Shown here: positions 43,101-56,400 of the stretch, one piece after another
How positions within the stretch are numbered: position 1 is the stretch's first letter
Layout: the number at the start of each line of letters is the position of its first letter
NCBI GenBank assembly: GCA_002633005.1
Contig: NMRA01000305.1
Location: 429,110 to 493,109, forward strand
Source of the DNA: Phoronis australis
Lineage: Eukaryota > Animalia > Phoronida
Direction: 5' to 3'
Length of the DNA: 64,000 bases
The notes under the pieces: generated by a model
The model's database searches: none
The model's input: the letters and a program-made list of their open reading frames with translations, nothing else
Told to the model about the DNA's origin: nothing
Made by a program: the position numbers and the translations under genes

Positions 43101-46100
43101 TAGCCAAACTCCTAGTCCATGCAGAGAACCGGAGATGGACTGTTTTACATGTTCAACTGTAGTTTGCATATTTTTTCATCCCCTCTGCATTTTGTTCAAT
43201 CCAACATGTTGCGTGTGTGTGCGCCCGTGAGTGTGCGCATGCGCGTGCATGCGTTTTTATTTCAGTAAAAGGGAAAGACAGCCTTATTACGGTGAAAATT
43301 CTTCAATTTGGGAGGAAAATGAATGATAAATTGACATTATATCTCTATTTTTCAGAGGCTTAACACATTTTCACAAATGCTCAAAAATTCTACCAAATGC
43401 TGTTGCTTAGCTACGTCATACAAACCATGCTAAAAGCAAAGTAAGTTATCCTGAAAAGATATTTTATTGCGAAATTTGACAAAATAAAATTTCACCTGAC
43501 CGCCATATTGTGTCCAAAACTGAAGAATTTTTATCGTACACTGAAGAAATCACTATTTTTATTTAAGAAGGCCAGTTTCTCACTGTGGCCTGTCTCCAAA
43601 TGCATTGCAATCCACTTTCGAAACCAGAAGCCTCAAGATTAAATAACATACTGTGGATAGTGAAACTAATTTCAAACTGACTCATGGACTTTTTACTTCC
43701 GTGCGTTATCTAAGATGCAGTGTATCATTCTCCAAATTGTCACTTCTCCAATTTCCAAAAGCTAATTACTCAGCAGTGAGTAATGAACACAATAACTAAA
43801 TCTCGTTGTGCGACATCTACACAGTAAGACGTTTACCAGAAATTTTCTTAACCTTTATCCCCCATCCTGATTTCGGTGATCAGGAACTCGGGATTACAGC
43901 CCTATCCTTTAACAGCGATACTGAGGGGAGAAAATTGGGAAACCAATGTTTACGTAGTCCAGCCTTCTCATTGTCTGCGTTTGGGAGTCCTGGGTTTGAA
44001 TCATGGCCTTACTGGCACACAGCCAAACATCGGATCACGGAGTCTTCTACTCCTCTGAGAACTCGTGAATATAGGCTAGGGAGTAAATGAGAACTTGGAT
44101 ATAATGCGGAACCGATTTCTGGGGCTGTGCTCATATTTTATTGTCTGCGTTCATCTGATAAGCTCACATAACCCAGCAATTATGTTTTAAACAGCACGCC
44201 TGGTGTTTACCCATATTCAAAAATTACTATTTGCAAACAACTTTCAGCAAATGTCGTGAAGATGAGCTTTTCATGATATACTATCACAAAAAAACTACAA
44301 ACAAATAAGAACGTTTGACTTTCATAGAATTCAGCCTTACCTTCACCTGCAGATTCCTTTGTGTTGCTATAACCTTTGACCGCTTTACCGCACCATCGAG
44401 TACCAAAAGGCTCGTTTGCCAAGCTTAACTGAACATGATTCTAGATCAGATCATGATATTAGAAATTTCTTGGTTTTAACAGTCCAGGGGAATCACGTAT
44501 GGAACGAGAAATTCACTTGTCACCCATAATGTGTGCTTTACGGTACCACAGACCATCATGTGTGTATTTTCATGACCACGGTCGAGTAGACCGCAAGACA
44601 GTAGCTCGCAGCTGCGGTGAGATATTTCTGCTTATAGACTACCAACAGTGAATTCAACTGTAATTCCTGTTTTCTAATCTATAATTCAACTTCGTAATGA
44701 GTAAGTCCAATCACAGCAGAGGTCGCTATTTGCCTAGGACAAGCTAGCAAGCTCTCGAGTAAAATCACGAAACATTTGCCTTTCATGCAACGATTTGCTT
44801 CGTCTCCCTTTTGTGTAAGAAACTAGGTCTACAGAACACTATCTGTGTACCATTTGACACCTAAATAAAATCCTTAATTACTTTGCAGATGGCGTCAAAC
44901 GAGCAGCTGGAACAATTACGTCGGTCCTTGGAATGTCCCATCTGCCTGGAGCAGACGAGAGATCCAAGGGCTTTGCCATGTCTACACTCGTACTGCGAGG
45001 AATGCTTGAGGCAACACATGGCGGAAAAGGAAGAACATAACATGTTTCCCTGTCCGATCTGTAATACCAAATACCCCATTCCAGACGAAGGTGTATTGGG
45101 CTTCAAAAGAAATTTTTTTGTTGCCAATATTGGTGAAATTTTGTTGAAAAATGACACTATTTATTGCGACATCTGCAAAATTGGCAGAGATCGTGAAGCC
45201 GAATTCATTTGTATTCAGTGCCGGCAACATTTCTGCAGAGAATGTTCACAGGCTCACTCTTTTCACACAAATGACCATCGAGTGGTCAGTTTAGAGGAAG
45301 TTAAAAACGGACAACACATGGACGAAATGCGTCGTCACCAAAAAGTCTATTGCTCTGTTCATCAAGAAAAGGTTTTAGAAAGCTACTGTGAACAATGTGA
45401 GATACCCATATGTTCACTTTGTTATGTTCTCGATCATATGAAGCACAAAGGGACTGATATAGGAAATGCTGCAGAGAGAGCGACCAGAGTCATGCGTGAT
45501 TTATTGGAACCTTGGAGAAATGTCGCTCAGCATTATGAAATGTTGTGTGAAAAGCTAAAACAAATGGTTGAAAGTTTGGGACAGGATCAGGAAACGTGCG
45601 AGAGTGAGAAACACCTTTCTGTGGTCACATGTCAAGTGGAAGATCATCAAGAGAAAGCTATTCAACGGTTTGACGAACAAGTACAGGCGGCGAAAAAACA
45701 GGCAGAAGCTGCGTGTGACGAGGCTGAACTGAACAGGGGGAAGTTTGTCAGTGTTTTACAATATGTAAATAGCATTCTTGCCTCGGCGAATGATGCTGAG
45801 AAACTGCAACAATTTAGGGAAATTAGAAAACGTCTTGAAAACTTGAATGTTGAAAATGTGGAAACACAGCTAAACCAACCAGCGCACAACTTACAACCCG
45901 GCAAAGTTGAATCTGCAAATTTAGGTTTAAATGCACTTACAATATTGAACTATGACAGTTCATCCAAACTTTGTCAAACGTTAGTCAAAACTGTTGCAGT
46001 TTCCTGTAAATCATCTGCCCACCGCGTGGCCTCTCAACCGGCTGTTAAAGAACCTGCTCAACTGGAGCAGATTTTAAGCAGCCAGCGTGAGGGAGAAAAA

Positions 46101-47374
46101 CAAGGTTGGTGTTGGGCACTAGCAGTAGATGATGGTGTTTTGGTGATTGTGGACGGTGAGAACCAGAATGTCAAGGGGTTTGGCAAAAATCGCTTCACAT
46201 TTCAATTCTCGTTAAAGCAGCACAAACTGAAGTGCCCCTGGGATGTAACAATAAATGCACATGGTGAGATCTTCATCACCGACCGCAGTATTCACGGCAT
46301 TGTCAAGTATTACGCAACTGGTGGTGTGATTAAGGTGTATCCGGATTTGTACGTCTACGGGGGGTACGTTACTTGTCACAGAAATCAGCTGGTAGTAGCA
46401 GACACAGACGGTGGGCGGGTGATGTTCATGGATTATAATTGTAAAGTCCATTATCAAATAGACGCTCGCAGTCTGGGGCTGAATACATTCTCTCCTCGCT
46501 ACATATGTGTCAATGTGAACACAGGACACCTTGTGGCGATAGAGTGGGAACCCGGCCGTGTGCACGTGATAGACTGTGACCAGCCAGCCATTATCAATAC
46601 ATACAGAGATAAACTGAGCGACTACCCACGAGGTGTGTGTGTAGATCAGTTTGGAAACACACTCGTGGCTGACCTCTTCTATAATAGGGTAATTCTATTC
46701 ACCAATGCACGAGCACACGTGATGACCCCCCAGGGTGGTGTCTCTTGGCCTACAGGTGTCTGTGTATCAGCCCCAGGGGAGGTGTCTGTACAGGAGTATG
46801 ATGGCCAAGTTAAGGTATTCAGATACCTGGACATCTAACTTCAAACACCTTTGTGAAACTTGACAATGGGAAGATCTCATGCTTGCAATGGCAGCTGAAG
46901 AGAAAGTACGTGATGTTAAGTACTAAACACTTTTAGATGATTATATCTGAATGTTTTAGTAAACGACACAATGCAATAGGAATGATTTGCTAAGATATTT
47001 GGACCAATCTTTTGAACAAAAACTCACGTTATGCCAAACACTAAACATTACAGAAAATACTTTAGAAACAAATAAAGTTTTCTTCGTCAGTTAACTGGAC
47101 ATCACATGCTACAGATTTGATCAACTCACTGTTCCCAGAAGCTGATGAGTCACTAGTCCCAAATTTCTTGGTTTGCCAACCCCCAAATTTGAATGCCACT
47201 TAACTGTCTCCCAACACAGATGTTAGCATTTAACAAAATCTTGCTTTTATTTCAACATGCCCACTCCCACCCTAATGGCTGTATATCGTCCTTTTGAGCT
47301 GCACTCTTCCACAAGATTATTATTATTATTATTATTATATAATTATTATATTATTATTATATTATTATATCATA

Positions 47375-47408
<34 letters not shown>

Positions 47409-50400
47409 CATTATCCTGACCTACAAAGTCCTTTTCCAACATAATACTTTGCACCAGCACTACTGACCTTATGTTGCCATCTTATGGAGACAGCATGTGA
47501 CATAGTTTCCATCGTCGGAACACATGTCAAACGTAAATTATTGAGTCAGCCAAATACTAAGTACAAAGCTCTTCAATTCCCCAAAGTCACTCACCGACAG
47601 CCTGTGGACGTACAGTAGCCATGACCAGAACATGCGGACAGGCAAGCACCAATGTATACTGAAATGTATGAAAAATGAGACATCAGGCAGCAATGCAGAT
47701 ATCATTTTAGAAAATCGTGAGTCTGAGTGAATTGACCTACACATCCTCAAGTCTGTGGCCAATTTGGAGGACCTGTGCGCATCTTTTCAGTTTTTGTCTT
47801 TTTTCGCTTCCAAATTTAATGGGTCCATTTGCCAGAGTTAAACAATCACAGTGTATGAATGAATTTAGTTTAACGCCAATAATGCAGGGAACGCTCCTAA
47901 TATTATTCCTGGGAAACAAACCACATATAATAAGATGACATTGAAAACAATACACATGACCATTTCAATCCCAGTCCTTTCAAACTGCATCACAGAAAGA
48001 AAGAATGAATAGTGACTACAGAATGCAATATCACTCTACGTCATATAAGATGATTATTCACACATAAAAAGCCCTGCACTTTGAATGCTAAATAATTTTT
48101 GTTCATTTGCTTCACCTTGACCTTATCGCAGTTTTATCCAATTCCAAAACAGCCAAGATTAAGTACACACATACCATTATCTAATGCCCAAGATGGCTTG
48201 GACACCACATTGTCCTGGCGCCATCTGAAGCGCACCGTAGGAACTAGAGCAGCCCAAGGGAGAGGAAGAGTGAGTCTAGTCCACCTGGTGAGGGATACAT
48301 GAGCCAAATCAGGATTAGAAAGCAACCTCAACACTATGTCAAGGAAATAAACAATGAAAGAAGACTTGTAGACAATAACGAAAAATTTCACCAGTTGCAA
48401 AATTGTGGGCATTCACAATAACAGCCTTTGGAAAAAAGAATTTACCATTGAAGCTTAAAAAAATCTGAACTAAGCCAGTTTTCATTCACACAATTCAGTA
48501 TTTATAGAGACTGTTTGCCAGTGCAGAGGCAAATCTACACACAAGGCCTAACATACTAAAAAACTGGGTCACGGTAAACGTTCTACTTTTAGAGTACATG
48601 TGTTATGTTGGTCGTGTGATGGTTTCAACATTGGCTAGTACAAGCACAGCATGAATTACAACGAACACAATTACGCATTCACAGGCAGGCCAAAGGAAAA
48701 ACGTAACAATTATTTCCCACAATTTTGGCAGTGAGGACAATTGGAGCGTGTATCTATTAAGGCCATTAAAAAGAAACAAGTTTAACAAAACTTGTCTCCT
48801 GGAAAATTTGCTGCAAAGATACTCTGATTTCAAGTGTTAAAAAGTTATAAATAATAACAACTAATAAATAACAGAAAATAACAGAGAATGATCAAAAATA
48901 TCTAGTCTACACACCCGTTGATGTTTGAAGGTTTAAACAACGACGTCAGCAGTTGAGGCGAGCCAGAACAGGATCCTGGGAGACAGTAGGAGTGCAGACG
49001 ATGCCACGAACGGCCATGATTGGTTGAGAAGTCAAGCTCAACACTGTTAGTTAGAGAAACATAAATATTTCAATAGTACAGACTGTAAAAATGTCAATTA
49101 GTGCCTGTAAATTAAAAATTGCATCAAGGGTTTAAAGTGGTTATAAACCTGTGTTTTATCCAAGAAGCAAACTTTTGTTTTAGATCAGGTGCCTTGTTCT
49201 TTACTGAGATGAGAAGTGATCACTTCTAGAACTGACGGTTCATAATTGGTTGAGACCAAGTTTGATGAGTAGAATGAAATGACATGATAGCAAGCTTAAT
49301 CTTGTATAGCCTGACATTAAGACATAACCACCTGTCAGGTATTCTGAACTCTTGAAATCATCTCCAGTTATAATTTGAGGTCAGTTAAAGAACAGTAAGT
49401 AGACAGGTGTCAATCAAATTCTTTTTGTAATGGAAGGCAAGATTATAGTCGCATGAATTAAGAAATTATTACGAAGCAAAACAATTTAAAGACAAAAGTA
49501 ATTTAGGACTGGTAACTTCCTCTAGCTTTCACTCCCAGAAGCAGTTATCATGTATTCCGTAGTAAAAATGGCCATCCTTGTAAACCCAACTTTCGTAATT
49601 ATTTACCTATTCCAACTGTGGTTTGTCCCACACTGTAAGTTCAGACTGAACTGTGCCACGTGCTGCACCCCAGCGGGGATGTGAGGAACAACCTGGATGT
49701 CATCCAGTGACCACACGTCTACATTCTCCGCGGAATGCCTCTTCTGTAACCAGCATATCTTAATTCCAGGACGCTGAACACTACTAGGCAGTGGGATGGA
49801 CATCAGGCTTGGTGGCTGTGAGGGATGACCAATGACCTTAGGTCAAGATTACAGGCCGGGAAGCGTGTGTGTGTGTGTGGACACAAGGATCCGGCCAACA
49901 TTTGAGACAAATTAGACTCATAAATATAGCAGAGTAACAACTTTTCCTGCAAATACGATTCTCCAATCGGCTTTCAATAGTTACTATGGAGACTATGGCA
50001 TTTTGTCAGGTGCACATCGGCACAAGCCCCTAATCTTCCACAGCTGCACTGCATTTTCCAATTTTCAAGGATGTGACTATCTAACATCAAGATGAAAGAT
50101 CCTTTTCCCCCAATAAGTTCACACATATGGTCTAGTGCAATGAGATATAAGAAAAGTCAATCAGAATTTGAAGCATTGGCCACCATTGCAGTGAATCAGG
50201 TCATGTTTCTGAAAGTCACGGGGTATTGACAACCACACACTTTTCCGTAACAGCATGCTCCCTAGATGTGTTCCGCATATCATTAACCACTACATGTAAA
50301 CTGTATCCTCCAAACTGCTTCATGGTTACAACAGACATAGCCACAAAGAACAAAATATCCCTAACATTCCTGTACATGTTAACGGAAACCTAACTTACAT

Positions 50401-53400
50401 ACCTGTTGTTTTCTCACTCTAATTTTCTCTAACACATGTGTGTTACCGTTGGCGTCAACAGCATAAACAGTGACCTTCACCTTCCTGGAGGTGATATTAC
50501 AAGAACCACCTGCAGAGAGATGGCAGACGTGTTTTCCAAAATTTCTTGACGAGTGATTTTATGTTCATGACATTACAGAAAATGTTTTTTCTTGGATGGC
50601 GCCATTCTGAAGATGCACAGATAACCGACGGGTAAGGCAGCAAACCGTGGTTTTAGAACGTGATAACTTACATAGCAACCCTATCTTACAACTTTCAAAG
50701 AAAAAAATAAATGGCATGGAGTACACTGCTTTTTTCTGAGGCTTAATACACCATAAAACTCATCGCAAATGGTCTGATACACTAGGCTTTACCAAACGCG
50801 CACAGGCCGCTCAGATAGGCTCATTGCACTGATCACCTGGAACCATTTACCATTTTTAAGCTTTATTAAGATATGCCTTGGTTAAAATTGGGCAGAGGGG
50901 ACCCGAATCAAGGGTCTAGCAGTGTGCCTCAGGGGGACTCAAACCAATGACCTTGAGTGAAGGAAGAAGACACTTATTCCACCAAGCCACCCCGCCCACT
51001 AGGCCACCCCGCCTTCTCAACACCAAACCATAACTTTACATTCTCCAGATTGATGCTGACGATTTGCTGCTTTTACAGCAGGTGCTGCTGACAACTTGAA
51101 CAACAAATAATAGAAATATGTGGCAGCAAGTAGAGAGCCATTTACAGCTGAAGAGAAATTACGCATTTCTCACAAAATCATTTCTTCACAACACAGAATA
51201 GACTGGATGTAATTTGACGTCCTTGGAGATAAACGGTGTCAAAATTGTAGATGTTCTACAATTTAGTGATTGAACAGGATTAAAAAGGTTTTAACTTTTA
51301 ATTATTTCAAAAGAACAACGACTACACCATTTATTTCAGGGTAACATTATGCAAAATGGCCTCCCTATGCACATACTTTATTGGCTGCAGAACTCACCAA
51401 ACATGAACATAAATCTAATGCTCCCTGCTGACTGGCCATTAAAGCTTGGTGTGCATGCATGACGTGCAGTGTCCCCACTGTTCATGGATAGAGACTTTGA
51501 TCCAGACCAACAGGTGGCAGCCAGCGTCCCACCACTAACCCTCCACCTGGTGGGTGAACGAAATATCAACATTAACAACAACAACAGCTTAGTTCGAGAA
51601 AAATAAAAGTGATCTCGTGGGAAACCTCATCTGGTGATGTATCACGCTATGTGATTGGCTTAACAGAAAGCACATCCAATATTCTGCTAGCCAATACCAA
51701 AGTCTCGTTAGAAAGCATGTCTCATCATACGTTAATCTAAACTATGGTTCTCTTAGAGGGCAGGGTTCACATTATCACATTCTATATTGAGGTTATGTTA
51801 GAACATATTATTCTATGATTCACAGAGTGTCAGTGGGACCACAAGACAGGTCCAAGTTATGACAACCTACATGGCCATCGTTAGCCATTGGGTTACATAG
51901 GACTTCATCGACGAATTTCGGTATCTAGCCAGGCAAATATCTACAAAATTTTAACGCAAGTAAAAACATAAATTATATTTTCTGAAAGAAGAAGGCGTGT
52001 AGAATTTGATGATTGGCTTTATACCAATCTTCTGCTAATTGGGTCATGTGACCATGTACTTTTAGTGAAATATAACAAAAAGATATCAATTAAAGTACAT
52101 CTCTAGCAAAACAGCAGTATCAATCACATGACTAAATTTTACTTGATACAAAATGTTCAACATAAAAACTCAAAAATGCTGGTACAGTTTTCTAAGTTAT
52201 CGTTTCGCTTTTGTTTTATACGACTTTAGTTTTTTATATTTTTTGATAGCACGTCATGCAAAAGGAGAAATTTACAAACAATTCTTAATAGGTTTTAGAG
52301 TACGCTGCACAAAGCATGGTATCAGCAAGTTTCATACCAATCCAATCAGTGATCTCTGAGATATGATGTTCCAAACTTTGCCAAGTCTGGACATTTTTTT
52401 GGAAGGCCTACATAGCCATAACAGAGTCGGTAAATCTTAAAAGTATTATTTTATTAAATACAGGACTATTCATATGATGTGAGCTACACTTTATGGGAGG
52501 TAGACCAAGGGTTGTTTTTCAATCTCAACACAACAAAACGTTACAGCTCCGTCTGACACGTAGTCCCACCTGTCAATGTTTCCTTCAAAATCTTCGCTGA
52601 ACAGATTCGGTCCACCAAAGCTTACATTCAGGTTGAGGTCGCGCGTACTCACAAAGTGCTGGCCGAAATGGTTGTCGTAGAAGCACAGAGCATTGTTGTC
52701 TGAGTAGCACTTATACTGAAAAAGTTTCAAGGTTGAACGCTGGCTAAAATGACCTGAATAACACTTTGCAAACCAACTTACCTGAAAATACAAAATACAA
52801 TTTTGCTAATTATCTCTCAAAGATTTTTGGGTAATCTGCAACCATTTTGTATTTGACTGACCTCATTTACTCAACTAAAATAATCAACAACAAGGCTAAC
52901 AACATGTTTCATTTAGTCACTCATAAGCATTAAAATTTGATGTCGAAAAGACAAAAGCACTAGATGCTAAATGAAGCTTAAAATATTATTTTTTCTAATA
53001 ATTATAGCAATTCGAAAGATCAACATTCCTGTTGTGATCAGTTCTTCAAAGCATGCATAAATGATGGTGCAATGATTATCACGTGTGTGCCGTGCATGCT
53101 TCGGGCTAATAACACATCTCTCCCAAAAAGAATATTCACCGGGTAATGCGAGATTTACATACCATGTGGTCGACTATAATACCAGCATTGACACTTTAAA
53201 ATGCGTCTACTAAAACTCTACAAATTCAAAATTTGAAAATTATACCATTCGGGCATTACCTTAATTTTAGCTCCAGGAAAGAAAAGCCAGTTGTCCATCT
53301 GCACAGGGTCAAAATCATCAATGAGGACTGTGGGTAGGTCAAGAGTGGATGTCACTAGTACGTTGTCCAGGGCCCAGCATCCAGAGAAGGTGGTGTTACC

Positions 53401-56400
53401 AGCGGTGGTGCTGGTGTTGGTGTTACCAGCGGCGGCAGACGTGGTGTTGCTGATGTTGTTGGAGGTGCGGTAGTGGAACTGAAGACAGACTGGGGAGCCC
53501 TCTGGTGGCGGTAGAGACACGATGTGGATAGCGGTGTCAGAGGAAGAAGGGATGCTGAAAATGGAACATTATGAAAGATGTTGAAGATAGAACAATATGG
53601 AATAGGATGATGAAGATAGTACAATATGGAATAGGGTGGTGAAGATGGAACATTATGGAATAAGGTGATGAAGTGGGAAGGACCATTATGGAATAAGGTG
53701 GTAATCAAAACATTATGGAATAGGGTAATGAAGATTGAAGGAACATTTTGGAATAAGGTGCTGAAGATGGAGCATTATGGAACAGGGTACTTATTTATTA
53801 CCTTATTGTTCTTCAAACTAGGACCAAGAATCGCACAGTAACCCATCTTTATTACAAACACGGACAGCCATTTTTAGAAAGATTTGACTACATAGCCAAT
53901 AAAGGTCGATCTAATACTGCACCATAACACAAATAACATGAGTGCAACTCAAAAATAGTGTCTTCCTAAATGGATTTGGTGGCACCAATTCCACATTATT
54001 AAAATTTTGTTGAGACATTTCAAAGCACAAGTAACTTTATCATTACAGTTCAACATTTTAACACTCAACAAGGCAAAGTCCTGCACTATGCATGGCACTT
54101 CCAATCCTACAGCATGCTGGCCAATAGGTAGTGCTGTTTCAATATAACATATGTAATGCTTATAAAGTTTCCCAGCGGTAGTGCTACACTTCAAGAATTG
54201 AAACGAGTCTTGGTAATTCCTTAACCCCCCCAAGTTTCGCACAATGAGCCTACTTTGTGGCCTGAACAGGTCTGATAAATAACAACAGGTATCAGACCAC
54301 CTGGTCCTGCACTTGCATCATTAGCCGTCCACCTACCTGACAGTGTCCATCACTGTCCAGTTGTTACAGCCCTCAGAGCCATAACTGACAACAACATCCG
54401 CCAATCCATCAGGTACCGTACAACTACCCGAGCCAACAGTGAACTGCAGTACACTGGCAGACGACACATTCAGTGGCACTGTCATCTGTATGAGGTTACA
54501 CAAGAATCAAAATTTAGAAAACATGAACTCACGAGAGGTTCTATGAAAAGTAGTCGCAAAACCTTGATGCAATAAATTACTCAGAAGGGATCATTATGGG
54601 CTTGGAGGGGGTAACTAATCCGCATAGTGCCTTTAGTTAGAACTTTGCTGATGGTTGTAAATCATGGGTGTTGTTCACATACAAAATATCTTTTGAAATT
54701 GACATGCAAGGTCAGTGAAAGTAATCCTATGTGAACGCAGCTCTTAATCATAAAGCTGTAAACACAATTTAGCAAAGATTCATGGTCCAAGCTCAGAGTA
54801 TTGTTTTATTACTCCCCATGGGTTTTGGGTAGCCAAGCCCAGAATATGAAAGTAGACAGCATGAACAAGTATGAACCACCCAGTTGGTTGAATACCTAAT
54901 ACAGCTTCATCAAATGTGTACAATTATACAAAAAATAAGCATTGTGCTGCACAACTTTTCAGCCAACAATATTGTTTGTATGAAAGGGATTAAATCATAG
55001 TAATTTAAAATAGTTACATTTAGAATTAAACAGACACAGCTTATGGCAGATCTCACTAAGAATTCATGTACGGTACTGTTCAAAAATGATCAAAACTTGA
55101 AATGAAACTCTTCTTACTTCATCAAAATATACTACGTAAAAAACTGCTGGATAAAAACGCAAATTCTAAATAGAAATTTTTTTTGAAAGTATGCCGATTT
55201 AAAGCAAAAAAGGGATTTCACTAACTTTTTGTAAAGCTATTGTCGTGCTATAAACATCTCTAAATGAGATAAAAGGGTCGATTTGGACAAATCTTGTGAA
55301 TTTATCCAATGTCATCTGGTGAACCCAACTGGTTTTATCCACATCACGGTCATCAATAGAGTGATTCTAGCAACAAGACCACATAGTAAAGGTAATTTCT
55401 GTTTCTTGTCAGATCTTATCTAAATAGAAGGCTTGAAAGCATCCAGGCTTCTCTTCTCCATTTAATTTTTGAGACATGAAAACTGACAGAAACCATGGAA
55501 ACTGATATAAACCACAAAATCTGAACAGAGGAGTAAAATTTACAACGCAGCTTTTTAAATTTTCAAAATTGGTCAAGACAAGTAATAGAGATTATGTCAA
55601 CAAAACTCAACCCTTCAGCTATTCATAGGAAAGCAGTTTCCAGCCTGGCTTATCAGATCATTATACTGCATCACAAACTCCCAATAGAAGCTGGGCCTGA
55701 AAGAACGTGGATTTAAGGGGTTATGAGGATGGATTCTAGTTTAAGGGCATGTTCACGACATGGTACTCCTATGCCCGAGTGCCCCATGACAACCATACCA
55801 GGGTGTTGTTGGATCCCTGTCCGCACAAAACTGCTGCATTGCCATGCAGTATAGATCCACATCTGCTGCTCACTTCAACGTCACTTGTAGGGGACCTAGG
55901 GATAGAATGAGGCATTGTGGGTAAATTGGACAATAATATAATAAAAAATAATTGCAGGCGGTCTGATACACGTTGTATCAGACGTGCGTAGGCCTCGCAT
56001 GTGGGCCCATTGCACAGATCACCTGGAAATATTTTTATGCTTTATTGATATATGGTTAAAACCGAGCTGAGGAGCTAGAAACCTGGCTCAAGGGTATAGC
56101 AGTGTGACCCAGTGGTACTCGAACCCACGACCTCAAGTAAAGAAAGCGGGCACTTATCAACTAGGCCACACCGCCTCTTCCAAATTGGACAAAGGCATTT
56201 ACTGTGTTATTTATTCCTTATTCACATCAGAAGTCATAGTTCGAACTAACTGAACACGGGGTCGTTTTTTATGAATTCAAAGTGACTTACAACTTAAAAC
56301 TCTTAAAAAGAGGTAATTAGCGCAAAATTAGTAATCTTTGTATCAGAGCCACAAAGTTTAAGCTGAATCTATGAGAGCTTATTTACTTATTCTCAATACT

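Noticed and set aside
44883-44888. ORF-track start at TTG 44883
   Set aside because: TTGCAG is a splice acceptor; first ATG is 44889
44861-46565. Minus-strand ORFs overlapping the TRIM CDS
   Set aside because: Antisense shadows of a real coding frame; not needed for reelin phase continuity
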